This document shows positions 12,419-26,945 of a DNA stretch of 64,000 nt, piece after piece. Origin of the DNA: Hydrolagus colliei. Lineage: Eukaryota. The notes under the pieces are model-generated. The model saw only the letters and a program-made list of their open reading frames with translations. It was not told the origin of the DNA and ran no database searches. Made by a program: the position numbers and the translations under genes. Numbering within the stretch: position 1 is the stretch's first letter; each line of letters starts with the position of its first letter. The DNA lies in NCBI GenBank assembly GCA_035084275.1, contig CM068743.1, forward strand, positions 18,476,001 through 18,540,000, in the 5' to 3' direction.

Positions 12419-13136
12419 CTACATCGCTATAGTTTGAAAAAATATCGCCTGATGTTTTTCTTTTTGGCACAACGAGGGTTGTTATGTCAGCCATAACAGG
12501 CTTTGATTACAATATGTGAAGGAAATTACAAACATCACAGCTCCAATGTAGATTAATCCCTGTGAGATTTTTTCTTCTTCATTTGTATGGATTTTTTGCG
12601 AGTAAGGTGGAGATTAATACCAATCATTAATACTGATTGAAACAGTGATGGGAGGTTACATAAGGTGAACTGGGAAGTCAAAGAAATCCAATTTTGCCTG
12701 TAAATTGATATTTGATTACCAAAACATTTACACAATTCAAACTCTTGAGACATTTTAGAAACGTAATTTGGTATTTCTGCAGGAATACCATTCATGTGAT
12801 AAAGATTACATTTCTTTCGACATTCTTCTGTTATTTGGATTATTTGCTTAACCCTCTTACATGGGCATAGGTTTAGAATTTCCATGCAGTTCAGTGGAAA
12901 TTCATAGGCTTCATTTTACTGATCCTGAACTGAGGGTCTCTCTAAAATAATCTTTGATACATTTGATACAGCGCCTTTCACATCAGGAGGACAACTTCAA
13001 TAACAACAACTTGCACTTGTATAGCACCGGTTAGCGTCTCAGGGAGTTTACATTGACGGAGCCGGGGTGGGTTGTGGGGAGGTAGCCGTAAGCATGGTCG
13101 AAGAGGAACTTGAAAGATTTACTGTAAAATATAGTA

Positions 13137-13314
13137 CAGTAAAAGCCTGTTTATCTGTCACCCCCGGGACCTGGCCAATGCCGGTTAAAGCGCCTGCCGG
13201 ATATTTGGCCGAAAGGGCAAAACATTTTTTTAATCAACAGCAGACCTTTTTTTTGCGATGCCGGTTATACGGAAGTTACGATTGATCGGGTGCCGGATAA
13301 ATGGGCTTTTACTG
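13137..13314. mobile_element. Tigger-like MITE, short member of the 9169 family
   Basis: ta|cagtaaaagcctgtttatc ... gataaatgggcttttactg|ta; shares gggacctggccaatgccg with the 9169 and 31684 elements. Confidence 0.88.
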
Positions 13315-13334
13315 TACTTTCATAGGCAAACTTA

Positions 13335-13530
13335 ACAAATCAATTTTAGTTGAGGGATTGTTGGCCAGGACACCGGGATAAACTCCTTTCTCTTTTTGAA
13401 TGCAGTCGTGCCGTGGGATCCTTAATGTCCACTGGAATAGGCAGATTAAATCTTGATTTAATGTCTCATTTGTAACACAGCACCTCTGACAATGCAACAG
13501 TCCCCTGGCACTATATTCAAGTGTGGTCCA
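13335..13530 (-). mobile_element. DeuSINE fragment
   Basis: Reverse-strand Deu domain ttggccaggacacc...gggatccttaatgtccac...tttaatgtctcat...gcacctctgacaatgca. Confidence 0.7.
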
Positions 13531-14124
13531 ACAGGCTTAGGGGGTGATTTTGTCCAGCCCACAAACCATTTCCCACTTCACCTTCTGGCTGCGTCTCTTT
13601 TCTGATCGATCTCTATGACACAGCGTGGAGACTGACAGGAAGACGGCAGAGCAGGAGGTGTCCAGTCCGCCCCTCCCTGTCATGTTTCACGCTGTCTCAA
13701 GCCTCAGGCAACCTGGTGAGTCGCAGTGAGCATCAGCAGCTGCAGTATTTTGTAATTCTAAAATTATAGAACTATGAGTCTCAATAGAAAACGCAAGGTC
13801 GGTATGGAAAATAGAGGATTTCAGTGTAAGTGGGAAGTGAATTACTTGTTTATTGAGAGTAATAATAATGGAACACCTCATTGCCTCGTTTGCTTGCATG
13901 TCATATCTGTGCTGAAGGTGTTCAGAGTTGGTTTTCCAACTATTTGATTTTGTTGAGCATTCTCTGCGGGGGCCTCCTTATGCTGGGTTGATATCTTACA
14001 TTTTGAGTGTAATGCGCAAAAGTAATCACATTACACTCAAACACTGTTTGAGATGATCATCGTGAAATACAGTCACGTAATTTAAAACCTAAAGGAATTC
14101 TGTCTGATTCTTTTACGTTCCTGG

Positions 14125-14300
14125 AAGGGAAAAATAACGTGGCTCGTTGATGTTTCTCAAATACAGCGTCCATTCATCGACACCAAATAGGTCGGACCAC
14201 CCTGCCCAAAGCAATGGGGCCAAAGTACCATCATGGGGCTTGAACCCGCAATCTTCTGAATCTGAGGCAAGAGCACGTCCAGCTGAGGCAGGCTGACACC
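14125..14300 (-). mobile_element. DeuSINE 5' (tRNA head) fragment
   Basis: ggggcttgaacccgcaatcttctgaatctgaggcaagagc...agctgag is a reverse-strand tRNA-like head. Confidence 0.55.
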
Positions 14301-15734
14301 TGTATAACCTATAACCCAAGTAACAGCATCTTCAGGACCCTCTTCATGTTAACTGTGGAGAGGCTGTAAATGGACTGAATGTTTATAGAGATTGCATTCT
14401 ACGCATACTGGACTAATTATCGGGCACACATGCTTTCAAAAAATGTCCAGTCACTATTTCAAATATGTTTCTAATAAACTCTGCTGACCCTGGGCAACAC
14501 AGAGCAACTGGGAAAATAATATACCCTTTGCCATTGAAAATGATAATCAAATGCAGATTAACTTTGAATCAATATTTTAAATTGGTGAGGGGAATATACC
14601 ATACAAACACTCCCTTCATTTTAACAAATTGCTACTTGTTCGTCAAAGAATGCATATTTAATATTTATAGCTAATTACTTCTGCCGTGGCTGCATGGATT
14701 CATAATTTCTGTTTCATATACGGTGTGAAACCATTTAACAACTATGAAAATGTGCAGGAAAATAAATATTTCTCAATTAGCATTTTATTTAACAGGTGTT
14801 CAATTCTTGCTCTGAATTATTCTTTGAAAAAAAAATGCGTTTCATTACATTTGGTCACCACCTGTAGTCCAGCTACACAGTGAAGCAAATTAATTCCTTA
14901 AAGAAAAAAATGGATGCCCCTCCGCATGACTTAGTTGTCTTGAACATCAGAAGGTGTTTAAGCCACACTACCTTCCCAACTAGCATTTGGATGTAATGTA
15001 TGGCTTGCGGCAATATTTGCCTATAAATCTTCCCCATTTGTCTATTGGTCTGCCTGGCTACCGTGCCATAAAAGGAGATTGTGATTTCTCTGTGGGCTGG
15101 TTGTTCTTTCAAACCTGAGTTTCTCCTCTGTGCATTTAATCGAGAGGACTATTTCTTTTCCCCCCCTCACGGGATTAGATCTACAGTAAAGCTTGTAAAT
15201 CATGGGAGTGTATTCTGCAATTTAACTATTTGAGATATAAATACCAATTTCCCAGTTGTTCTATAATTAAATTTGACGGCATCGTACAAAATGCAAAGGA
15301 AGGTGATAACTGCAGGAAGTACTGTCCACAATAGCACCAGCCGCATTGTACAGCATTTTAATACTGCTCAATACTTCTTCATACAGTAAGGTAGGATACT
15401 GAATTGTGCAATTGTTTGCTCTCGTGTTCACATGTTGTCATAAATATGAAAGTATATTACTGTTCAACTTTGGGGTACAGTGCAATCTTTACCGTATTTT
15501 TTTTATTTGGGGAGTAACACAATTTAACCTGGAATTACATTGTTTTAACTGGTTACTGTGTTATAAAATGCATGCGTTTCTTTGAATGTTTGACAATTGC
15601 GTGTCCTGTTACAGTAAATCTGCCAAGTATAGTGCCCCCAGTATCAATAGTTAATGGAGTTTAATTTTCATATTAGCAAACTGGAAGCATTAGGTTAATT
15701 TGTGACTTTTTTTGACCTCTGCTCTATGAAATTC

Positions 15735-15975
15735 ATAATAATAATCCTTGTTTTTGTTATAGCGCTTTTCATGTCTTCTCAATGTCTCAAAACACTTCAC
15801 AGAATATACTCTTAAGTGAATTGACTGTATATTTGTGGGTAAAACATAGCAGCCAATTGCACACAACAGTGTCCCACAAACAGTTGTGGATTGAGTGACC
15901 AAATTATTATTGTTTATTTGAGGGATTATTAGTAGGCATGTGGAGTAAGGAAACTTGCCCAAAGTTTCGCCGTGT
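15735..15975 (-). mobile_element. tRNA-SINE, 5'-truncated
   Basis: Reverse complement of the abundant SINE (aataataatccttg...cagccaattgcacac...aaggaaacttgcccaaag). Confidence 0.85.
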
Positions 15976-16774
15976 GAAAGGCCACATGACCTAAATAGCC
16001 ATGCGACTTGCAAATCCCAAATCAGCAAATTCGTTTCATTTTGGTTTCATACCAAACTAGGGTGACGTTTTGTACCAGCATCTTTTGTACCGAGCTTATG
16101 GAGCTAAACTGTCACATGAAAGAAAATTTTGCAGTGAGCAGAAGGGCCTTGAGGTGGTTCTTGAAGGAGGCAAAGGATGGGGCGAGTCAGAGGGATTGTG
16201 GGATGGAGTTCCAGAGGGTGGGGGTAGAGTGGCTGCAGTGTACCCATCATTCACACAGGTTGCTGGATGCATTCTCTCCTCATTCAAATTTGATCCAAAA
16301 ATTAAAATGAGTTGGCGACTCAACCTATGATTGTGTTAGTTGTTGCATTGGCCCACGTAATAGTCACTTCATTTAAAATTAATCTGATTCTCTAAAGAAC
16401 GCAGACATTTTATTTTATGTTGAAAATTGTGATATGAATGTAAGTTGTTGTTGGTAACACAGCGGTGATTGTTAAAATGTTAATTTGATGCTATTTTCAA
16501 TAGAACCCCCATTATAACGCGGTTTATTGTAACTCAAGTTCACTTGTAGCTCGAACTATGTGCTAACCCCATTCGTTGTGCACCCAAGTGACCAGTTAGC
16601 TCACTTTGCAACACAGCAAAGTGAGCTGTGCTTCTAAACATGGCTGATTGCTCGACTCATCAATTGGTTACCATTACCATGACTTGTGTGTTACGATCCT
16701 ACCTCTCACACCCGGTTCCACTTTGACTCCACAAATAGATTCTCCTCTAACCCCCAAAGGGTCTCATGTAATTT

Positions 16775-17785
16775 TCCTCAGAGTTCTGTCCTTGGTCCCC
16801 CACTCTTCAACCTGTACCTTCTCCTTCTTGGTCTATAGACATGGGGTTTACTTCCACATGTATGCAGATGACACCTATGACAATTCTATCTCTCTGCCAC
16901 CACCCTCGACTTCAACCACTGCTGTCCTGACAGAATGTCTATCAGATGTCAATTTCTGAATGAGAGATAACTTTCTATAGTTGAACATCAACAAGACCGA
17001 GGCCCTACTGTTTGGCTACCATCAGTGCCTGATCACCTCAGGTGCTGGCAGCATCACTATCCAATGATACACACTCAACCTTACTGAGCCAGTCCAGAAC
17101 CTTGGCATCTTGTTCGACCCTCAACTGTCTACCCCACATCCGTGTCATGGCCCGCTCTGCCTACCCCTACCTCCACAACATTGCCCGGTTCCACCAGTGC
17201 CTCTCCCATCAGGCCACTGAAACCTTCATCCACGTTCATCACACCTTGTCTACGCTAACTCCCTGCTTATCAGCCTTCCCAACTCTTCCATCCGCAAGTG
17301 CAGATCATCCAGAAATCTGCAGTTCGTGTCCTTTCCAACATCAGGCTCCATGACCCCATCATGCCCCATCCTCTCCTGGGTCCACTGGCTCCCCTATCTC
17401 CAGAGGATAGAGTTCAAAATCCTTATCCGTGCTTTCAAAGCACTGCATAGTCTTGCTCCTTCATACCTCTGCGATATGCTAACCCTACATCATCCTGTCC
17501 GCTCCTTCTGCACAGCAAGCCTCAGCCTGCTCCATGTGGCCTGCCCAACCCTCCCCACTATCGACGGTTGGGCCTTCAGATGTTCTGCCCCCAATCTTTG
17601 AAACTCCATCGCACATTCCTTTCACCTCGCTCCGTCTTTTGATTCCTTCAAGACACATTTCATGACTCTTAATTTCGACCACGCCTTCAGCCGTGCTCCT
17701 ACCCTCCCTGACCCCAAACTCCTGCTAAGGTCCAAATCCTAGACTTTCCAGTGTCTCAGGACATCCAATTGACATGAAAGGCACA
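16775..17785 (+). mobile_element. L2 LINE 3' fragment (degenerate RT)
   Basis: HMYADDT motif, LHNIAR, VHWLP..RIEFKIL, then the 3' tail; contains frameshifts and stops. Confidence 0.9.
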
Positions 17786-19739
17786 AAACTTTGAATTGTA
17801 TGTGTGCACGTGTAATCAACCCACGTAAAAAATATTTGGAACTTGGCCACCACTATAACAAGGTTCTACTGTATTACTTAAAAGTCAATCCAGGTAACAA
17901 TTACTTAGTTGGACAACCTAAAACTGCAGCTCTCCTGGAGCACAAGAAACGCCTATGTAAATATTTGTTTAATCCGGCCTGTCTTGCTTTCTCAGACAAA
18001 TCAAATGTTTTGCTATCGGACAGACTACTGCTTCCATTTCCCACAATATCTCTCTAACAACAACAACATTTCCCATCATCAGTCGGATTTAAAGTCGGTT
18101 TCTATTGTATATCCGCTGCATTGTCTTTGAACTCGGGATTGTTTGCTCCTTTTCTGCTGCTTTTGATATCTGTAGGTAAGTGAGCTGAGCTGTCTACAAG
18201 GTGACATGCTCTGCATTGGAATGTTGGAACCAAGACAACAAATTGGGCCAATTTCTGGTTCCTGAAGAAATAGACTCAGAAACCAGATTACCGTGAATCT
18301 CTGGCTTCAGTGCTCAAGGGCACGACTGACAACACACCAGGCAGCCTAGCTCATTAGGGACTTGAAGGCGGCAGACTTTGGGATAGAGTTTCTTCCCAAT
18401 CAGCCCCTGTAAAACCAAAGCCCTAATATGTTGAGTGTTCTTAGTTGGTCAGGTAGCAGGAAGCTCATCAGGCAAGCTGTGCAGTTTTAGCTGATTAAAC
18501 TCCAGTTGCATCGCACTGCACACTCTTAAGGCCCCCAAGGCCTCTCACTGTTGCTCTCCGGAATGATGTAAACAGGGTGTGTCCCTGTGGGGACAGAGCA
18601 CACATTCCATACATGGAAATTTTCACATCTAGGGAACATACGTGGAACACTCTTTGAAGCACAGTGACGGTTTTCTGTATATTTTCACTGGAAATTCTAT
18701 TGGAGGTGTGGAGCCTGCCCGTGGCATATTTAAATAGCAAATTGCTGCTAAATCGACTCCCATGGTTTTGCAGTGAAATGCCACGGGAGGCTTCTCAGTG
18801 TCTCAATGTGCTTATGCAATAAATTAAATGAAGCCGCATGGTCCCAGCAGGCGCCAGCTTTAAATCGCTGTCTGAGCCGAGTTAACTGATCTCACCCAGC
18901 AGCGCAGCATTGGGGCTTCCACAACCGGCTCCAGCGCTTCAGGAGAGGAGCAACAAATCAACCAGGTCTCCTCTGTTTGTAATCACTACTCAGCGAACCT
19001 GGCCTTGATACACTTATAATTGAACAACCCGCTGTTGATCATTGCCCAGCTTCACCATTAATAATAATAATCCCTTGTAAGAGTTGCTGGAGGGTGACTG
19101 TGCATTTGTTTCCTAGTAGAACGAAGGAGCTAAACTCATTCACAGCAGGAAGGGTGGAACAAAAACAAATGAGCAATGGAAAGGGTATATTGGGAGATGG
19201 TTCCTTAAGTTTGTAATTAATTGAAGAGTTTATGATGTTAATAGGGATAAAAGTGCCTGAATTGCATTGATTGCTACAGACATTTGAAGCTGTCTTCAAC
19301 CTCTAAAACAAATATTTAATTAAATACACTAAGGCATTGATTTGCAAAACAAGCTAAGGCACTTAACTAACGCTAACAGGACAGAAAGTGAACCAAGTCT
19401 TCAGAGTAAATCTTAACCAGAAACTCCACTTGATTGAAAAAAGCCTCTGATTCTAGAACACCTCTGCAGTACATCACTGCTCAAAACTGTGAGCATTATT
19501 CCCAATGTGGCCTCAACGGTGATTTGTATAAGGTGACAGTGACCTGACTTGTCAAATGCCATCGAGACGTTTGAGTGTTTAATTAGCATTTCTGACATGT
19601 TTGCCTTTGCTTGGAAATGTTCAGTGATACAATCAATAATTCCACATAAATCCTTGTTCTGCACCTCAGCAGATTCCCCTGTCTTATTTCCTTTTGTCAA
19701 CAATCTGCAGTTAGCTGACAAATTGCAAATTCTATTGCC

Positions 19740-19935
19740 TTGAAAGAGGAAAGGATGCGAGTGAGGCGAAGGGAATGTGGGACGGAATTCCAAAGGTTGG
19801 GAGCAGAGAGCCTGAAAGCTGGACCACTGATGGTGGGATGTGCTGGGTGGGCAATGTGGAGCAGGCCAGGGCCTGCTGAGCACAGAGGTTGATAAAGGAT
19901 GAGCAGGAAGGGGCAAGGCCGTGGAGGACAGAGGG
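19740..19935 (-). mobile_element. L2 LINE 3' fragment
   Basis: Minus-strand AFRLSAPNLWNSVP motif, typical of the L2 ORF2 C-terminus. Confidence 0.75.
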
Positions 19936-21409
19936 GATGCAGCAAAGCGGCTTCCTCCAGCCCATTGGCAAAGTCCAGCATCAAGCAGTGCAATGGATTT
20001 GTGGCAAACTGGGGAAGTGGCTGTAGGTAGCTACCTGTTCTAAGCATGCTGGAGGTGTCATTAACAGGCATGTCTATTTGTCAAGGTTGCCCCTTGCATG
20101 AGGACCTGGATTAAGCAGCTGGTGCTAAATTAGCCTGGTACGCAGCATTAAATTTGGTAATCTAGAACATCATGTCACATGCTAACCCGCAAAGGTCCTG
20201 CCACCATACTGAAGGCAGATGTCCACCAGGGAGCTGACGATTAAGCTCTGAGGCTTAGGGCAACAGCTGCTGGAAAGCGTTATCCCAAGTCTTAGTATGT
20301 GAATGTGTGTTCATACATCTAGTAACAGGAATCCACCTTGATTGGTTTGCAGAGCAATAAGCAGCGGCTGCTTAAGCTCCGCACCTCCAGTTGGTGGAAT
20401 GGATGTGTATCCGAACTGTGGGCGAAGATGGTGAAAATGCTCTCACACACTTCATGCTGAATTGTTTGCCCATCAGGAAGCCAAAAACAACAAAAAAGTT
20501 TGCATATATATTGCTAGAACCGGTACTTTGGCCCTAGTTGCACAAGTAATGGAAAGGTATTCAACACAGTGCTCTCTCTCAATGGGAAGCTGTGCAGTTT
20601 TACCTGGATAAGACTCCCAACAGTACCCAACACACATTCTGGGATCTCCCAGCCTTTGCTCTTGCCTTATACTTTCTGGAATTAGGTAAGCAGGATGTGT
20701 CTCTCCAAAAAGAATGAACATTCTATTCCGATAAATATTTTGGGAATTTCTATGTATACGTGAGATACGTGGGTCTCTAATTGGTTTGTAGATCTGTCTC
20801 AATAGACATTTTAGGGGTATGGATATATTTGGAGCTCATTCTTAGTTGGTTTGTGCCTTGATAATTATCCTTTTTGATTCATAATTTTTCTTTCACGTCC
20901 ATTAAGCCTGAAGTAGTTCGACATTTAGCTCTGCTTTGCTAATCACTTTTGCCTGAGACCAATTGCTTTCACAATCTTTCATGTTGCTGTTCTTCCACTG
21001 TCACTTGACCTATCCTTAATTGCATGCTCTGCCCCAATAATCTGGCAGTATGTCTATTGTGAGTTTAACACCTGCACTCTGCAGCACACCAGTTGGTTGC
21101 TGTGAAAAGCCATTGGGCCTTTCTGTTTTATGAGGAATTCGACTGTATGTTTCACTTCTATAACATTTAGCTGGCGCTGTTATATTTATCTCATTCAGTC
21201 CTAGCATGGAGAATGTTGTATAGTGTACAGTTCGTCAATTCATCTTTTTCTAGTGGTTATCCTGCTGATTGCTTGATTTCTGTCGACAGCATTGCACTGG
21301 GTTCAACTTTCAATCTTCTATTATTAAAAGTAGGTTTCACATTCATCATATCTGTAACTTTGATGCTCTTTTCTTAATGCACCATCAAAGTAATGTATCC
21401 ATACATCGA

Positions 21410-21690
21410 TGTAATAATAATATCTTGCATTTGATATAGCGCTTTTCAGTCTCCTAGACGTCACAGAGTGCTTCACAGGATATATTGCAAAGTGAATTGA
21501 CTGTGTATTTTGTGGCAGAAACACCGCAGCCAATTGCGTACATCAGTGTTTCCACAAACAGTCGTGAATTGAAAATGACCAATTTTTTTTGAGGGATTGT
21601 TATTTGGCATGTGGAAGCTTACTCAAGGTTTTGCCCTGCCTGTAATTGAACCTGGGTCTCTCACTTGTAAGGTGAGCCCTCTAACCAGAA
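21410..21690 (-). mobile_element. tRNA-SINE, near full length
   Basis: Reverse-strand tail aataataatatcttgcatttgatatagcgc through to the head gaacctgggtctctcacttgtaaggtgagccctctaacc. Confidence 0.85.
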
Positions 21691-21809
21691 TAGATTGTAA
21701 CATCGTCCTGTTTGTGTATGAAATAGTTGAGGACAATGCGAGTTTGTGCCGGAGCCTTGTTGTCTCTGTTCATGACACGTGTCATTTTTGCGCTTTGTTT
21801 CAACAATAA

Positions 21810-22570
21810 CTTAGTCACTAAGCCAGTCCGGAACTTTTGCTTCTTGTTTGGCCCTCAACTATCCTTTCTACCCCACATCCGTTCCATAACCTGCTCTGCC
21901 TCCCCCACCTCCGCAATATTGCCTGGCTCTGCCACTGTCTCAAGCTGCAGGCTGCCAAAATCATCATACATGCATTCATAACTTCCAGGCTTGACGAAAC
22001 AAACTCCCCTGCTTGTCAGTCTCCTAATTCCTCCCTCCACAGGCTGCAGATGATCCAGAACTCTGCAGCCCGTGTCATCTCCCTCACCAGGCTGCGTGGT
22101 TCTATCATCCCGATCTGTGCCCAACTCTGTTGGCTTCCCACCCCACAGAGGATACAGTTCAAGATCCTGGTCCTCACCTTCAAAGCCCTCCATGGCCTTG
22201 CTCTCGTTACATCTGTAAACTCCTGTGCCCCTACCAACCTGCCCACTCTCTCTGCTCAATGGGCTGCAAGTTGCTTCACGTCCCCCGCCTCACCCACCCC
22301 ACCATTTGCGGGTGGGAAGCCACTCTGCCCCCACCCTCTGGAACTCTATGCCCCAATAGCTCCACCTCAACCCCTCCCTTGCCTCATTCAAGACCCATCT
22401 CAAGACATCCTCTTCTGCTGTACCCTCCATCACTCTCCTTCACCACCCCCCTATCTTCCATCCTCCCCAATCCCAACCCCTCAGCTCAAAACACTGAATG
22501 TCCAGCACCTTGGGATGTCCGCCCAATGTAAAAGATGCTATACAGATGTAATTTTGTTGTTGTTGTTGTA
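21810..22570 (+). mobile_element. L2 LINE 3' fragment
   Basis: HLRNIA...IHAFITSRLD...LQMIQNSAAR...WLP..RIQFKILVLTFKALHG, then the (gtt)n tail. Confidence 0.92.
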
Positions 22571-24049
22571 ACCCAATCCTCCAATAAATTGACTATGCTG
22601 ACTATCTTCATTATGTTGAGAATGTGTAACCATGCACCCTGTTTGGAGTTTGAATTTGAATCTTCCATAACAAATTATTACAAGAGTTACCATTGTAAAG
22701 AAAATTACTCTGAGGCAAATCATTATAATAAAATAATACTGCTAACATTTGATAAAGCGCATTTCACGCGAGGAAGATGTCTCCAAGTGCTTGTCAGGAT
22801 ATGCTGTAAAATTTAATGACATTATTTTGTAGGTGATAGTCAATATGTGCACAACAGTATCCCATAAACCGTAATAACTCGCACCGCAATTTCTGAACAC
22901 GGAATAATAGAATCCCATAATGGATCATGAACATGATTATACAGCAACCGAGGGCGAGTGGGACCTTGGAACGGTATACTGGTGGAAGGGTAAAGGAGAT
23001 GTTTTCCAGGTATCCAGATGTCTTTAGGAGACAAGGAGATGAGAGAAAAGAGGAGGAAAGAAATTGGAGAATATAATAAGTCACCTGATAGCTGGGTATA
23101 CATTTGTGCTTTATCACAATGGCAAATCGGCTTTAGGTTTTAAAAACACAATTTGAGGACAAATTATTTTGCTGCTGAAATTGCTACCGTGCACAAATCC
23201 TGTGGGAATATAATATTTGATTCATACTGATAATACCTAAATGCCCAAATCCATGGGGATTAAAAATTGTTCTTATTATTGCAAAGAAATATCCTGGGCT
23301 TTTATGATTGCATGTCTTGTCCTGACATGTGCAGCATGTTTTGTCCACATATATTTGGAGCAAAACATTTTTTGCTTCATATTTACACTTTTAGCAATGG
23401 TCTTTTGTTTAGTTGAAAGGTTGAAATCTCAATATAAGCTTTCCTCGGGAATGAAAGCCCCTGAACAAAACAAAGGGGCTGGGAAATGGAAGGAGTTCAG
23501 TTCTTTTTTGTGATTTAATAAGAATTTTAATTCAAGGATAATCAGCATCATAAATAGCATTTGACATGACTAGACCTCAAATGTTAGAGGAGATCAAACG
23601 GGTATGAAGCAGTGACATATTTAAATGATGTTACTGTCAACGTTACTTAATTACTTAGTGGAAAGTCTACATTGTTTAAAGTTTGTCAATAATAATCTTT
23701 ACATTTGGTATCACACCTTGGCTTTACTGTCAAGTGTAAGGACAGCATGCTTTGTGACTGAAATTCTAAATATAAGATAGACCGTAAAGGAAAATTGTGA
23801 GGAACTTCTTTGATCAGAGACTGATATGAAGATGGAACTCACTGCTGTTGAGCTGTGTTAAAGCAAGAAGCATCAAGCTATTTATGAGGAAGCTTGATGC
23901 ATACAGGTGAGATAAGGGATTGTAGTGGGTATGGAAAAGATTTGGCGGGTGGAGCACATGTGAAGCATAAACATTGGCACAGACAAGAGCTTGCATTTAT
24001 ATAGCATCCTTCACATGGATCGGTGTCTCGGAGCACATAACAGAGGTAG

Positions 24050-24400
24050 AGCCTGACACATAGGCATTAGAATAATTGAGTTGGGATGTGATGAAAGTGG
24101 ATAAGAGTTTTGGGAGAGGAACAGTCAGAGGCAGGCCATGTGACTGGGATGGAGGAAAGTGGTGCTGGTGAGGGACTGGAATTACGGTAGGAAGCACAGC
24201 CAAGGATGGAACTGGAGGGTAGGTAATATACAGGTTCGGTAAGTCTTAGGGAAAGTCCTGGGAGGCTGAGGAAGTCAGAACCACAGAAGAGAAGACGTTG
24301 GTGGAGGCCACTGTTGACAAGGCTTCCGTCTTGTCAACATTCAGCTACAGAATAATTGCGCTTAGGCAGGCCTTGATGTCCGACTTACAAGCTGAGTGTC
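24050..24400 (-). mobile_element. Old L2 fragment
   Basis: Minus-strand LLSTFITSQLNYSNA motif and cttgtcaacattcagct (LNVDK). Confidence 0.6.
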
Positions 24401-25769
24401 ATCTGCATACATGTCGATGTTTATCCCATGTCTGTGATGACATCACTGAGAGAGAACATGCAAATGAGAAAAAGAAAGGAGACAAGGAAGGAGGCGTGGG
24501 GACACGGCAGGTCACTGTATGGAGGTGGAAGGAAAAACAGACTAGATATTTTCGTACTGTAATACTGTGTAAGATTCTATGAAACTTTTAGTTCACGTCA
24601 TTTTTAAATGTTCACATTTCTTTCTTTATGCACAGATTCTCTTTCCCGCTAATCCTTGCTTCCTGTTTGTTCTTCCAATCTGTCGTAGATGCTGCAATGC
24701 ATGTTGACCTCCCTTCATTCAGAGATAGACATGCAAATATTCTTGATGAAAATCGAATCTGCTCACCGTGTTAGTACTGTATTTCTCAACTTGTCTGTTA
24801 CTTCTGGCATTGTGCACTTGTTTGTTTTGACTAATAAGCGTCAAACAGCAAAATAAATTGTGTGCGCCTTGTGGGTAGAGCGTTTGCTTGAGCAGGGTTG
24901 CAACTTCATATTTGTAGTTGTGCATGATAGCTCTATAAGCTCCTTTTTTGCTGCTGCAATGTGTAATCTATGGTACCAGATTATAAAGTGGAATAAGGAC
25001 TACATGGACAGACGGTGCCTATGATCATACAGTTTGTCAGCGCTTCCAATACCAATGTCACAAAGTGTAAGGATTTGGGCTTGTGCTACAATTCCCGACA
25101 TTTCTGCCGTGGTATCGTGGGGACAGGTCAAAGATAGGCTCTTCGGCACAGGGAGAAAAGGGGAATTGGGAATTGGAGAATTTGCATCCCTCAATGGGCA
25201 ATTGGCAGAGGAATGTGAGAAAACTATCCATCATGCGGTAGCACAGAATTTCACGGCCTACAAAAAGGTCCTTTAGCCCATCAAGTCCATACTGCTGTTT
25301 TTCTCCAAATAAACCACCTACTACAATTCTATTCTCTTGCTCATTCCCTGCATCCTTCACTAATCGCCTTTTGGTGTGTGAAGAATGGTGTGTGGCACTG
25401 AAAGAGAAGGGAAGAAATCAGAAAAAGGGTTATCTTTCATGAAGGTAAACTCTACCGTTGGTGTGCTTGCATGCAGTTTTACGTTTCTGATTTATATCGA
25501 AGGCGTGTACTTTCTTAAACAAATCTTAATGCAACCTTTTTCCTAACAAATTGAACGAATTAACCTGGGCGTTGTGACTTTCTGACATACATGAGACACT
25601 TGTCTGAGAAGCATCGAGAGCATCTTTTGTTGAAACTTTTTACAATCTTTGTTCAGATGCACTGCAGACTTTGAGAAGACTGCACATTCCACACTTAATA
25701 TATGAGCATTTGAAAGAGAAATGGCATGATTGGTTGGACCTGAGTGGAACTGAACAACTGGCAGTGCTT

Positions 25770-26945
25770 TAGACAGTCGGTCCTAAATCTTTCTCCAGCT
25801 ACCGCCGCATCTCCAACCTCCCATTCCCTTCCTAAGGCCCTGGAAACGAGTCATTGCTTCCCAGCTTTGCTCCTTTATCCCTCGCCATTCCCTCTTTGAG
25901 CCCTTAGAATATGGTTTCCATGCTGCTGATAGCAGAGAGACAACCCTGGTCAAAGTATCTAATAACATCAGTGATAGGGCTGTCTCTGCCTCCTTGTCCT
26001 CCTTGACCTCTCTGCTGTCTTCAACACTGTCAACCAATCCATCCTCTTACACTGCCTCTCCTCCCAGCTTAATCTTCATGGACCTACCATCGCCTGGTTC
26101 GACTCTTACCCTTCTCAGCATCTCCATTTTGTCACTTTCAATGGCTTCTCCTCCAGCCCCCACACCGTCACTTGTGGCGTTCCCTCGGGATCTGTCCTTG
26201 GCCCCCTACATTTCAATATCTACATGCTCCCCCTTGGTGACATCATCCGCAGACATGGGGTCAACTTCCACCTATATGTGGATGACACCCAACTCTACCT
26301 GTCTGCATCTACGTTCGACTCCAGGACCACTGCTGTCTTGACAGACTGCCTGTCAGACATCAAGTCCTGGATGAGAGCTAACTTTCTACGGCTGAATTTC
26401 AACAAGGCCGAGGCCCTCCTGATTGGCTCATGCCAGCGCCTTCACACATCAGGCACTGGCAGCATCAACCTCCATGGTTGTACACTCAACCTCACCAAGC
26501 CAATCTAGGTGTCTTGTTCAATCCTCAATTGTCTTTCATCCCCGACACCCAACCCATGACCTGCTCGGTCTTCCCTCACCTGCGCAATATTGCCCGACTG
26601 TGCCACTACCTCACCCTTCAGGTTGCTGAAACCCTCATTCATGCCTTCATATCATCCAGGCTTAATTACGCCAATGCCCTGCTCATCGGCCTTCAACCCA
26701 CTCTGCTCCTAACCTCTGGAATTCCATCGCATAGTCCCTCCGCCTCGCTCCCTCCCTGGCCTTCTTCAAGTCCCGCCTCAAGACTCTCCTCTTTGACAGT
26801 CCCATCAGTCACCCCCAAATCCCCCCTTTTCTTCCACCCTCCCTTTTTCCACCTCCAGCTCGGGTCTGAAACATTGACTGTCCAGTGCCTTGGGACGTCC
26901 TCCTGACGTGAAAGGCACTAGACAAGTGTAATTTTATTGTTTGTT
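25770..26945 (+). mobile_element. L2 LINE fragment (degenerate RT)
   Basis: YRxISNLPFL, LPLGDIIRRHGVNFHLYVDDTQLY, WMRANFLRLN, IHAFISSRLNYANALL, then the 3' tail. Confidence 0.92.

Noticed and set aside
13620-13725. Possible alternative first coding exon (GC box, ATG at 13682, donor ctg|gtgagt)
   Set aside because: The donor is phase 1 relative to that ATG, incompatible with the phase-0 exon at 27453. It could still be non-coding or regulatory, but I have no support for that.
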